NCBI GenBank assembly: GCA_038885755.1
Contig: JAVZZH010000001.1
Span: 131,155 to 195,154, forward strand
From: Candidatus Caldarchaeum sp.
GTDB lineage: Archaea > Thermoproteota > Nitrososphaeria_A > Caldarchaeales > Caldarchaeaceae
DNA: 64,000 bases
Direction: 5' to 3'
Below are positions 26,813-36,317 of this stretch, piece by piece (positions within the stretch are counted from its first letter, which is position 1; every line of letters starts with the position of its first letter). The notes beneath the pieces are model-generated. The model had not been told where the DNA came from. It saw only the letters and a list, made by a program, of their open reading frames with translations, and did not search any database. Made by a program: the position numbers and the translations under genes.

Positions 26813-28222
26813 TCACCTAGCGCTGTTGAGGACTTGCTCATCTATCTTGGCCTTCACAAACCGTCCTATGCCAGGCCTCCCCAGGAACTGTTCGTTATCC
26901 ACTATTATTTCACCACGGAGGATGGTCATGGACGGCCAGCCTTTAACCCTCATACCCTCGTAAACACTTAGGTCAGTCCCCATGTGTAGATTCTTGGCGT
27001 CTAAGGAGTGCTCCCTGTTGGGATCTATTATGACTAAGTCCGCGTCCGCGCCGGGAGCTATCACACCCTTCTGAGGATAGAGGCCGAATATCTTGGCGGC
27101 GTTTGTGCTTACCACATCAACAAATCGTGTTAGGGTCATCCCACGCCTGATCACCCCCTCGTAGAACATGAGTGGGACGCGTACTTCCGAGCCTGGGAAC
27201 CCATTGGGTATCTTGGTGAATATTCCAGCGAACTCCTCCTTCTGGCTCTTGGTGAATGCCACGTGGTCGGAGCCTATGGTCTGGATCTTGCCTCCCATCA
27301 CAGCCCGCCATAACGCCTCCACATCCTCTTTCTTCCTTAGAGGTGGGCTGCACATGTAGTATATTCCCCTCTCAGGTGGTTCGAACGTTTCATCCGTTAA
27401 CACTAGGTAGTGGGGACAAGTCTCCACGAAGACAGGCAGCCCTTTCAAACGGTACTGGGCCACTATCTCATGCCCCTCACGAGTGGATTGGTGGACAATG
27501 TATGTTCTCGCACCTGTTATCTCAGCTATGTTCATCGCCATTAGAATAGCTAGGTTCTCCACCATATTGGGCTTGGCTTGGCCGTGGTATCTGGGCTCTA
27601 CCCTCCCCCCATTCACGAACTCCTCCTGCATCCCCTCACCTATGAAGCCGTTCTCAGCATGAATAGTGACGACGCCTCCCAGCTCCCTCGCCCTACGCAT
27701 CACTTGGAAGAGAATCCAGTCATCAGCCATCCAGCCCTGATGCCTGTATATCATGAAGACCTTGAAACCTGGGACACCATAGTCCATGGCCTCCTTCATA
27801 CCCTTCATCACCCTGCCCATGTCTGAGAAGTCGCTGATGATCGGCTTTGTGGTGAAGTCTATCACTGAGAGCTGTCCAGCCCTCTCCATCTGCTTCTTGG
27901 TGGCGTCGAGCAGGGACTCGCCCTTCTCCTGGGGTGCAAAGTCGATCGTAGTTGTCGTACCGCCGATGGCAGACGCTATAGTACCGATATCCCATGTCTC
28001 CCGAGGCTTCGCACCCATAAAATACAGCTCATAGTGGGTGTGGGGATCTATCCCGCCGGGTATGACTATTTTGCCACGGGCGTTGACAGTCTTCTCAGCG
28101 CTAGCCGAGGCAAGACTACCCACATGAACGATTTTTCCATCTGAGACGCCAATATCTGTTTCAGCAACCCATCCGGGACCGACTACAGTTCCCCCGGATA
28201 TGACCAAATCCAGTCTAGACAA
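26813..28222 (-). CDS. Dihydropyrimidinase / D-hydantoinase
   Basis: Cyclic amidohydrolase pattern: GGIDPHTHYEL and VVTIHAENG. Length is 469 aa. The TTG start lies about 28 nt from a TTTTTATATGA TATA box. Confidence 0.9.
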   Translation of the reverse strand: MSRLDLVISGGTVVGPGWVAETDIGVSDGKIVHVGSLASASAEKTVNARGKIVIPGGIDPHTHYELYFMGAKPRETWDIGTIASAIGGTTTTIDFAPQEKGESLLDATKKQMERAGQLSVIDFTTKPIISDFSDMGRVMKGMKEAMDYGVPGFKVFMIYRHQGWMADDWILFQVMRRARELGGVVTIHAENGFIGEGMQEEFVNGGRVEPRYHGQAKPNMVENLAILMAMNIAEITGARTYIVHQSTREGHEIVAQYRLKGLPVFVETCPHYLVLTDETFEPPERGIYYMCSPPLRKKEDVEALWRAVMGGKIQTIGSDHVAFTKSQKEEFAGIFTKIPNGFPGSEVRVPLMFYEGVIRRGMTLTRFVDVVSTNAAKIFGLYPQKGVIAPGADADLVIIDPNREHSLDAKNLHMGTDLSVYEGMRVKGWPSMTILRGEIIVDNEQFLGRPGIGRFVKAKIDEQVLNSAR

Positions 28223-28819
28223 GATAACTCGCCACTAATTAGAGGGATCATATAAAAACTTTATGTTCGCGTCAGACGGTAGTGTCCAGCTGTCAGGCCT
28301 GCGGCCAAGCTTGCATACTTAGGCTTTCCGAAAACAAGCGGAGTCTACTTTTCCCTAGCTTATGGGAATGCTTCCGGCCCATTAGTTTTCGGCCACGTTG
28401 CAGACATCGTAGGCTGCTGGGTTGAAGTTATATGTGTTAGCGGTCTACCTCAGCTCCCTGGCCTTCTTTTTCGCATGGCTGTTGCAGACAAAGCATAGCA
28501 TGCGATTTTCACCATAGCCTTCAAGCAGAAGTCTGCTCATTTTCTGTTTTAACGTAAGGCGGCTTCTCAGAACAGAGAACATCCTCGTCAGACCAGCTTT
28601 CCACGACGTCTTATGTTGCCGGGTCAAACCTTCTTCTCAGCCTGTCTCAGCCGGCTGTAAACAAGATCTTTCCACGCTTTCCCGACCACGAAAGTCCTGT
28701 AATAGCATGATTTGTAACCGTTCAAACTGAATTTAAAAAATCTGCGTATACAACATCTCCTGGCCTTATTCTCCTGCCGCTAAACGGGCGTGAGTTGTCC
28801 TTAGTCCACGTGTGCAGAC

Positions 28820-29116
28820 CTAACACCATGAACCATCCGTAAGTGCCACACCCTGTTCAACGGCATACGCCACACCTTTAGCGAATATTTCGTTTTCCGC
28901 GACACCTGGTCTAAGGTTTTTGGCATGTGTCGCAAAAACTCCGTCTATTATCGCTGCAATGGCTCTCAAACACTGTAGCTCCACCGACGTCTTAACAATC
29001 CTGGCCTCTGAAAGAGCTTTAGACCATCTGGAGTAGCGTCCAGCCCTGCCCTCAAAAGCTATGTCTCTCTGACTAATAGGATGAAGGCTTTGAACAACAG
29101 TGTCGAAAAGAACATC
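28820..29116 (-). pseudogene. M24 peptidase (creatinase/prolidase) internal fragment
   Basis: A minus-frame stretch with no start reads ...ALSEARIVKTSVELQCLRAIAAIIDGVFATHAKNLRPGVAENEIFAKGVAYAVEQG... and is bounded by stops. Coordinates are approximate. Confidence 0.5.
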
Positions 29117-29726
29117 CTAAAAAAGACCATAAAACTCATGGAGAAGCATAATGAGGGAGTGGCAAAGACAGTAGAGGATGAGGCCGGTAGGAGAATACCG
29201 GCCTACAACAGGGTTGTTGAAGCTCTGGGTATAAACGGTCATAACTATCTGATGCGGGAGAAGCTTTAGTCGAGGTCATGACATACATAGGCCCGTGTAA
29301 AAACTTCATAAAAACAGCCAACTACTTCGGACTATTCAAAGGAAGACCGAGGATATTCAATGAGAAAAGCTAGGAAGGCTTTGGAGAGGTTGACACTAGC
29401 AACACGAATATCTGCGACAGCGATATGTCAAAAAGAACTTCTATACATGGTATGGAGGACGATGAGAGAAATCCGTGAGAGGCTGAAGGTCATACCGGCA
29501 TAGACAACAGAGAGAAACCCCCATGAGGCAGGTATGAAATATATAACAATGCGGGCGATGTCCCCGCATTTGACACGTGGTTTAACAGCAGGCCTTTCAT
29601 GGGTTTCTCTGGTGTTGTTCTTGCTGGTTGGCCTCCAGCCAAGCCTCGCTTATTTTTCCCTCTTCATAATATGTGTTTTAAGGAGTTCGGAAGTATATTG
29701 TTCCTATAATCCACGAGCCAAGTCGG

Positions 29727-29935
29727 TCAGTAATACATTTGGACCAACCTCACTGTCCCGGAAACATCCACCGCTGCACTGTATCCTGTTCCAGTTAACA
29801 CGTTTTCTGCAACCTCGGGGTTTGGCAGCATGCTGAACACAACGTCTGTGTTTTCAGCTACTTCTTTAAGGGATTCGGCTATGCGTGCTCCAAGCTCAGC
29901 TCTCTAAAGCCTTCGAGCGTGTTCTGTTCCGAACG
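29727..29935 (-). pseudogene. 3-hydroxyisobutyrate/6-phosphogluconate dehydrogenase-type NAD-binding fragment
   Basis: The minus frame reads AESLKEVAENTDVVFSMLPNPEVAENVLTGTGYSAAVDVSG and is preceded by a frameshift/stop. Coordinates are approximate. Confidence 0.45.
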
Positions 29936-30066
29936 ACAAGCTACAAACCATTGTTTAGCATGTTCTTCGCGATTCGCTCGCCCACTATGTTAAAAATCCT
30001 CACCCATCTCGACCTATGCTCTAACTCGAAGGTCTGGCGGGTGTTCGCTAGACCGTCTAGCTACGC

Positions 30067-30651
30067 TTAGAGTACATATCTCTCCATTTCTAGCATCCTT
30101 CTAGCTATTCTTACAGTTGCGTCATCAACCATTATTCCGTCTACTGAAATGGCTCCCACTCCTTCTTTCGAAGCCTTTTCATAAGCCTGAATAATCTTCC
30201 GAGCTTTTTCAATCTCCTCCCCTGTAGGGGTATAAATCTTATTACATGTCTCTATCTGGCTTGGGTGTATTACCCACTTGCCGTCGAAGCCCAAGCTTCT
30301 GGAAAGCTTAGCAGACTTTATAAAGCCGTCTAAATCGGTGTAAAATGCATACGGGCCGTCTATAGCCTGCAGGCCAGCCGCCGCTGAAGCGTTTCTTACT
30401 GTGAAAAGCGGGTAGTGCCATATGTGTCCCGGATATTCCTCTACAAGCCCGCCTATCACCAATGAAAGCATACCGATGCTGGAGGCGTGGACGTGGCACG
30501 TGGACGTGGCAGCGTCCGTGTATGAAACAGTTCTAAAGGGTGGAACGCCATCTGACATAGGTAGCAGTCCTACGAATACGTGTAGAAAAGCCTGCTTGAA
30601 GTGCTCGATGGCGCTGTCAATCGAGTGTATTACTATGATGGTTTTTTGCAT
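30067..30651 (-). pseudogene. CitE/HpcH-family (citryl/malyl-CoA lyase-like) protein lacking about 100 N-terminal residues
   Basis: The C-terminal part, AAAGLQAIDGPYAFYTDLDGFIKSAKLSRSLGFDGKWVIHPSQIETCNKIYTP...GAISVDGIMVDDAT, is typical CitE. The N-terminal part is absent or unrecognisable. Confidence 0.5.
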
Positions 30652-30733
30652 ATGCCGTTAGCCGTTAAAAACTTATATCTAGAAAAGCTCAAACGACAAT
30701 CCCGTTCATGGTTTTCAAAAGTCTCCGTAGATT

Positions 30734-31006
30734 ATGGTCAACTATAACGTTGGCGATATGGGTTTTCCGGAAAACACTCCATTAGTAGGGCTTGATTTCG
30801 ACAGCATGCTCCGTGAGAAAATCGCTAGGACTAGGGAGAAGATGAAACACTACGGCCTCAGCGCGATTATTTGTATGACCGATACAAATGTTGGATACTG
30901 CACAAACGTTCCACCCGTTTTTCCTGCGGGGATAGCCTTAGGTGGGATCAGATACTCCATTCCTTCCCATAGAAGGCGAGCCTGTGAAGAATGCAACACT
31001 GCTTAG
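30734..31006 (+). pseudogene. Creatinase/prolidase N-terminal domain fragment
   Basis: REKIARTREKMKHYGLSAIICMTDTNVGYCTN matches the M24 N-domain pattern. The ORF ends after 90 aa. Confidence 0.45.
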
Positions 31007-31904
31007 GGTTGAATACTCGATACTGGGCTCAGCCGGCCCACATCTAGCCAGCGCCGCCGAAGCACACTAAACGAGAGAATGGGCTGAACAGTCAGCGTCT
31101 GTGCTGAGAGGTTATAAGCTAGACAGAGAGATTCGCCCCCCTGTTTGAGGCGCTGAGGAAAGCGCTTCTGTAGGCGGAGATAGGCCGACGCATAACCAAG
31201 AAGTCTTGTTTAAACCACTTAGTCTCCAAAGACATCATTACTCTAACATCGTTTTTTGCATTCTTCGCCTTAAACCAAACATCATCTTAAACGGTATAAG
31301 ACTCCGATACCACGTCTAAGAAGCTCAATGAACTCGTCTGTAAGCTCTATGGGGACGGTGTCCGCGTGGAGCTCATCTCCCTCCTCCGCAGGAATATCAA
31401 TTATTTTGCCGACTTTTTTCGCCATCAAGAGTATACATGTGATGGCTCTCGTCGCCCTTCTATGGACTTCAACGTCCTTAATTTAACGAATCTCGTGATT
31501 TCAGCGACCGCTTCTTCAATGGGTTGTTTCAACCTGTTTGTGGCGGCGTTCTTGACGACGACAACACATATACTCCATCGTCTAAGCATGGTGTAGGCCG
31601 ACGAGATTAGCTGGACGAGAAAGTTTCTTTAGTTGTTTGGGGCATTAAGCCCACTTTGAACCCCTCAGCCCCTGCAACCTACTATCCTGTAGGTTGCAGT
31701 AAGAGGAGTGATAAGACGACGGCGTTGGTTACACCGCCTCTTGTGGATAGTGCCAAATCCTTAGCCCTTTCTTTTAGTGGAGGGTCTCCGCCTTCTCCGC
31801 AAACGCATAGACGTGCGAAGAATGGTTTGTAAACCATAGAAGCTCGGCGATAATTCCGTAGGCAACACTAACATACTCTTCGTCTATGTCGTTTACAATA
31901 AATA

Positions 31905-32225
31905 TTCGGCCCCATACCAACCATGACGGAGTTTGAGGCAATCAGCCACGCTAACTCATCCATCTACCGTCTAGCAGTAGATGCATGGAGCAGCGACACA
32001 AGCAGAGCTCTACGGTTAGCTGAGAAGGTGAAGGCTGGAGCAGTGTGGGTGAACACCTACTACACATTCCCCGTAGAGCTGCCGTTGGGAGGGCTCAAGC
32101 AATCGGGCATAGGCAGGAGCAACACAGTCCTAGCATTAAAACACTATCTGGAGGTTAAGGGAATATATGTTGAAGCACAATCTGAACCAATGAGGCCCTA
32201 TTACAGGCTCGTGCCAAGTGAATGA
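31905..32225 (+). pseudogene. Aldehyde dehydrogenase C-terminal fragment
   Basis: IFGPIPTMTEFEAISHANSSIYRLAVDAWSSD...AGAVWVNTYY...PLGGLKQSGIGR starts immediately after an in-frame stop. About 380 N-terminal residues are missing. Confidence 0.6.
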
Positions 32226-32397
32226 TGATAGTAAAAAATAAGAACCATCAGTAGTTTCTAAAGCGCTCGGCAGTAAGATAGTGTCCTGATAAGAGGTGTG
32301 TTTAGAGGCGGGATGTTATCTGTGTGGATGTTGCTTCGGGTTGTTTTAAGCCTAGCGAAAAAGCCGTTGGGTTGAGGTTTCAGCGGTTCTTGGGTAT

Positions 32398-32607
32398 ATG
32401 TTTCATGGTGGCTGTAGGAGGGGTGCATGGTATCCATGGGCTCTGCAGAGGCTTGGGATAGAGTATGAACACCAGAGGCCCGGTATTAGGAACAGGGTTG
32501 AGAGGCTCTTCAGATACCTGGAGGAGAGGAAGGCTGTATTCCACGGCAAGCCCAGCGCCACAAGCCACGCACAGGGGATGAGAAAACTATACACCACCAA
32601 ACACTAA
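32398..32607 (+). mobile_element. Transposase C-terminal fragment (IS remnant)
   Basis: GAWYPWALQRLGIEYEHQRPGIRNRVERLFRYLEERKAVF resembles the conserved ...WY..AL..LG......G.RN.VER.F..LK.R pattern of archaeal IS transposases. No intact ORF or terminal repeats were seen. Confidence 0.45.
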
Positions 32608-32674
32608 GAACAGGAAACGCTTATCCGGACACAACCCGTCAGTAAAATGCAAAAGTTTTTATGGGGGGTAGGAT

Positions 32675-34000
32675 GTGGAACTGAGTGTGTTCAGTCTTAT
32701 GACTAGGTCGTCAATATTCATGGAGAAGGCTCAGAAGTTTTTGATTACGAGTATGGTTCGTAGAATTGAGCCGGTTGTTATCGAGCGTGCCAGTGGTGCA
32801 TCGGTCTGGGATGTTGATGGCAGGGAGTATATTGACTGTTTTGCCGGGATTTCTGTAGTGAATCTGGGCCACTGTCATCCCGAAGTCGTAGACGCAGTTG
32901 TCGCCCAAGCAAAGAGGTTAGTCCATGCATGCGCCTACGTCTACTATATTCCGGTAGTTGCTGAGCTGGCTGAGAAGCTGGCCGAGGTCGCTCCCAAGCC
33001 TTTAAGGAAGATGTTCTTCGGTAATAGCGGCGCAGAGGCCGTCGAGTGCGCGATCAAGCTTGCGCGGAAGTTCACCAAGCGATATGAGCTTATAGCGCTC
33101 ATGTGCTCTTTCCACGGACGCACCATTGGAGCCCTCAGCGTCACTGGACAGTCTGGGAGGAGGAGGTATGATATGGGGCCGTATCTGCCTGGAGTATCCT
33201 TCGCGCTACCGCCATACTGCTATAGGTGCCCGTTCGGTAAGACATATCCTGAATGCGACCTCCAGTGCGCAAGGTCCATACGCGACGTCATAGAATACTC
33301 TACTGGTAGGGGTGTTGCGGCCTTCATAGCCGAGCCGGTGCTCGGTGAGGGCGGCATCATCCCGCCTCCCCCAGAATACTTCAGGGTGGTCAAGGAGATC
33401 CTAGATGATTATGGGATACTCTTCATCTGCGACGAGGTTCAGACAGGCTTCGGGAGGACTGGCAAGCTCTTCGCGATAGAGCATTATGGAGTTGAGCCAG
33501 ATATCCTGACCCTTGCCAAGGGAATAGCCAACGGGTTCCCGCTGGGCGCTTGCATGGCTAGAGACGATATTGGCAATGCCTTCGAGCCCGGCGACCATCT
33601 GTCAACCTTTGGAGGAAACCCTGTCTCAGCCGCGGCGGCGCTAGCGAACATAAACGTGATGCTGAGGGATAAGATTCCGGAGAAGACGGCAGAGAAGGGT
33701 GAACGTGTAATGAAGCGGCTTAACGAGATGAAGGAAGAGTATCCGATCATAGGTGATGTCAGGGGGAAGGGATTGATGATAGGGATAGAGCTCGTCAGGG
33801 ATAGGGAGAAGAAGACACCCGCGGTTGAAGAGACTAGGAGGATAAGAGACATGTGCAGGGAGAGAGGCCTGTTGCTGGGGTCGGGAGGCGTTAAGGAATC
33901 CGTCCTCAGAATCCAGCCACCACTAGTCATAACGGATGAACAAATAGAGAAAGCACTCGATATACTGGAATCCTCCGTGAAGGATGCGACCCGAGGGTGA
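32675..34000 (+). CDS. Class-III PLP aminotransferase (beta-alanine/aminobutyrate type)
   Basis: Contains GISVVNLGHCHPEVV and DEVQTGFGRTGKLFA. The true start may be the ATG at 32699 or 32720. Confidence 0.85.
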   Translation: MELSVFSLMTRSSIFMEKAQKFLITSMVRRIEPVVIERASGASVWDVDGREYIDCFAGISVVNLGHCHPEVVDAVVAQAKRLVHACAYVYYIPVVAELAEKLAEVAPKPLRKMFFGNSGAEAVECAIKLARKFTKRYELIALMCSFHGRTIGALSVTGQSGRRRYDMGPYLPGVSFALPPYCYRCPFGKTYPECDLQCARSIRDVIEYSTGRGVAAFIAEPVLGEGGIIPPPPEYFRVVKEILDDYGILFICDEVQTGFGRTGKLFAIEHYGVEPDILTLAKGIANGFPLGACMARDDIGNAFEPGDHLSTFGGNPVSAAAALANINVMLRDKIPEKTAEKGERVMKRLNEMKEEYPIIGDVRGKGLMIGIELVRDREKKTPAVEETRRIRDMCRERGLLLGSGGVKESVLRIQPPLVITDEQIEKALDILESSVKDATRG

Positions 34001-34009
34001 GCAGCCCTA

Positions 34010-35506
34010 TTGAAAGAGGGCCAGCGTATAATATTCTCTGAATACTATGGCCGTGTGAAACACTTCATCAACAACGAGTACGTAGAGCCAGAGTCTGACC
34101 ATTATCACCCATCGTTCGACCCAGGACTGGGCAGTGTTATAGCCGAAGTCCCAACACTATCGTCTAAAGATGTTGACAGGGCTGTAAGCGCTGCGGCCAG
34201 CGCCTTCGGCCGGTGGTCAAACATACCCGTCTTCGACCGCCTACAACACCTCATACGGCTCAAAACGCTTATTGAAGAGAGGATTGAAGATTTTGCCAGA
34301 CTCCTTTCGCAGAACGTTGGCAAGACGATAAACGAGGCGCGGGCTGAGATGAGGAGGGTCCTTGAAGCCGTGGACTCCGCGCTAGGCCTACCACACCTAA
34401 TGATGATGAATAGGAAGATAGTGAATCTGGCTAGGGCTGAGCCTGAGATAGACATGGAGTCTGTAAGGGAGCCTGTGGGCGTCTTCGCTATCATAACCCC
34501 CTTCAACTTCCCCATAATGATACCAATGTGGTTTGTCCCGATCGCAGTAACTCTCGGAAACACGGCGGTGGTGAAGCCAAGCCCTATAGACCCTGTCCCA
34601 ATCACATTTTTCGCCGATCTGTTTAGACAGGCTGGCTATCCTCCGGGCGTAGTGAACGTCATCAACGGGGGTGGGCCCGGTGTAGAGGAGCTGGTGAAAA
34701 ATCCGGAGGTTTCGGGCGTGTGCTTCGTAGGAACCACCTCGGTTGGCGAGAGAGTCTACTCCTCGGCGTGCTCCCATGGAAAGAGAGTTATTTGCCAGAC
34801 CAGCGCCAAGAATCCTGTCGTCCTGATGCCCGACGCCACACCCCAGCCGACAATCGAGAACATCATAGGCGGTTTCTTCAACATGGCGGGGCAGCGCTGC
34901 CTAGCTCCCGGACTTCTCATCACCGTCGGCGACGCATACGACAAGTTTGTCGGCAAGATAGTGGAAAGAGCCTCAAAGATAAACGTGAACTACCCCCTCC
35001 TCGAAACCACGGATATGGGCCCCATGTCCTCGGGGAGCAATAAAGAGAGAGTGGTTAAAATGGTTGAGAGAGCGGTAGACGATGGGGCCAGACTTTTAAT
35101 GGATGGGAGGGAGCCTTGCGTCGACGACAGATATTCCAGCGGATTCTACTTGGGGCCCATGATATTGGATGACTTGACACCGGGTATGGAGGTTGAGAAG
35201 GAGGAGGTCTTCGGCCCAGTCATCCCTATCGTTAGGGCATCCAGCTTCGAGGAAGCCGTTGAGATAGCCAACAACCGTCAATACGGCAACACAGGCACAA
35301 TCTACACGTCTAGCGGGAAGTGGGCGAGGGAGTTTTCAAGGCGAATACAGGCAGGAAACATTGCAGTAAACATGGCGGTGGCACAGCCACACCAGTTCTT
35401 CCCATTCCCAGCCCGTAAGAAGAGCCACTTTGGACCACTGGCGGGACAGACAGGTACGATAGACTTCTTCACCGACATGAAGGTAATAATGTATCGCTGG
35501 TGGTAG
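34010..35506 (+). CDS. Aldehyde dehydrogenase, (methyl)malonate-semialdehyde dehydrogenase-like
   Basis: The catalytic Cys context is AGQRCLAP, and EEVFGPVIPIV is present. It lies 9 nt after the aminotransferase gene. Confidence 0.8.
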   Translation: MKEGQRIIFSEYYGRVKHFINNEYVEPESDHYHPSFDPGLGSVIAEVPTLSSKDVDRAVSAAASAFGRWSNIPVFDRLQHLIRLKTLIEERIEDFARLLSQNVGKTINEARAEMRRVLEAVDSALGLPHLMMMNRKIVNLARAEPEIDMESVREPVGVFAIITPFNFPIMIPMWFVPIAVTLGNTAVVKPSPIDPVPITFFADLFRQAGYPPGVVNVINGGGPGVEELVKNPEVSGVCFVGTTSVGERVYSSACSHGKRVICQTSAKNPVVLMPDATPQPTIENIIGGFFNMAGQRCLAPGLLITVGDAYDKFVGKIVERASKINVNYPLLETTDMGPMSSGSNKERVVKMVERAVDDGARLLMDGREPCVDDRYSSGFYLGPMILDDLTPGMEVEKEEVFGPVIPIVRASSFEEAVEIANNRQYGNTGTIYTSSGKWAREFSRRIQAGNIAVNMAVAQPHQFFPFPARKKSHFGPLAGQTGTIDFFTDMKVIMYRWW

Positions 35507-35661
35507 CCTGAATGCTTATCTCCACTGGGTGATGCGGCGGTCTCCGCCTCCCAGCCGGCTCGGAGACCGACAAAGCTCTGTCCACACCCGGCAGCGACTG
35601 ATCCACATGCTCGTATGTCCGAGGGCTCTTGACTACAGCATCTACGTGAACCCCGCCTTTG

Positions 35662-35895
35662 TGGGGAGGCGTTGACGCCAAAGAAAGGATATCCCACGCT
35701 TAAAGGCATGCCAGCAACCTCCGCGACGTAGTAAGCAACGTCTTTGAGCTTCTTGATGCCGTCTTGTGTTTTCAAAACTCTGTAGCCCATTTTGAGAACA
35801 AGGCTGGGGATTATCTGCGTTAAGTCAGCTTTTCCACAACGCTCGCCCATAGTCCCCTGAACATGTCTAACACATTCAACCACGGCGACCATCAA
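35662..35895 (-). pseudogene. HMGL-like (isopropylmalate/homocitrate synthase family) fragment
   Basis: GTMGERCGKADLTQIIPSLVLKMGYRVLKTQDGIKKLKDVAYYVAEVAGMPLSVGYPFFGVNA matches the family. The remainder of the ORF is out-of-frame noise. Confidence 0.45.
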
Positions 35896-35935
35896 GTAGG
35901 AAAGGGAACTAGGTTCTTGAAGCTGGAGGGAGGCC

Positions 35936-36180
35936 TTGGGGAGAAGACTGGGAAAATGCTGCGAAGTCTTTTTCAGGCTTTTCGTGGAGATGGACTGTGA
36001 GCTGGCGGAGATAAACCCGCTAACGCCAACGTCCGACGGAAAGCTTCGGGCGATAGACTCTAAGGTGATACTGGATGAAAACGCTCTTTACAGACATCGA
36101 GAGTTCGCCGGACCGTCGGCGGGCTCAGGGCTTGAGGAGGAGACGCGTAAGCTTGGTTTGACCGCCGTCAGCATACGTCC
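35936..36180 (+). pseudogene. Succinyl-CoA synthetase beta-subunit (ATP-grasp) fragment
   Basis: FRLFVEMDCELAEINPLTPTSDGKLRAIDSKVILDENALYRHREF is the SucC central motif. Both flanking domains are missing. Confidence 0.5.
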
Positions 36181-36317
36181 ATTTTCAGGCTCTATGACAT
36201 GCACTACAAGCTTTCTCTCTTATCTTATTTGGGGCGGGGAACCGCGATGATCCATGCCTGCGTAGTTTAAACCCTAGCACTGTTTTTGACAGCATGGCGA
36301 CGAGGCTGTAGCTTGTT

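Noticed and set aside
35302-35895. 197-aa minus-strand ORF as an intact gene
   Set aside because: Only the first 78 residues or so resemble a known family (HMGL-like). The remainder overlaps the 3' end of the ALDH gene antisense and looks like noise. It is recorded as a fragment instead.
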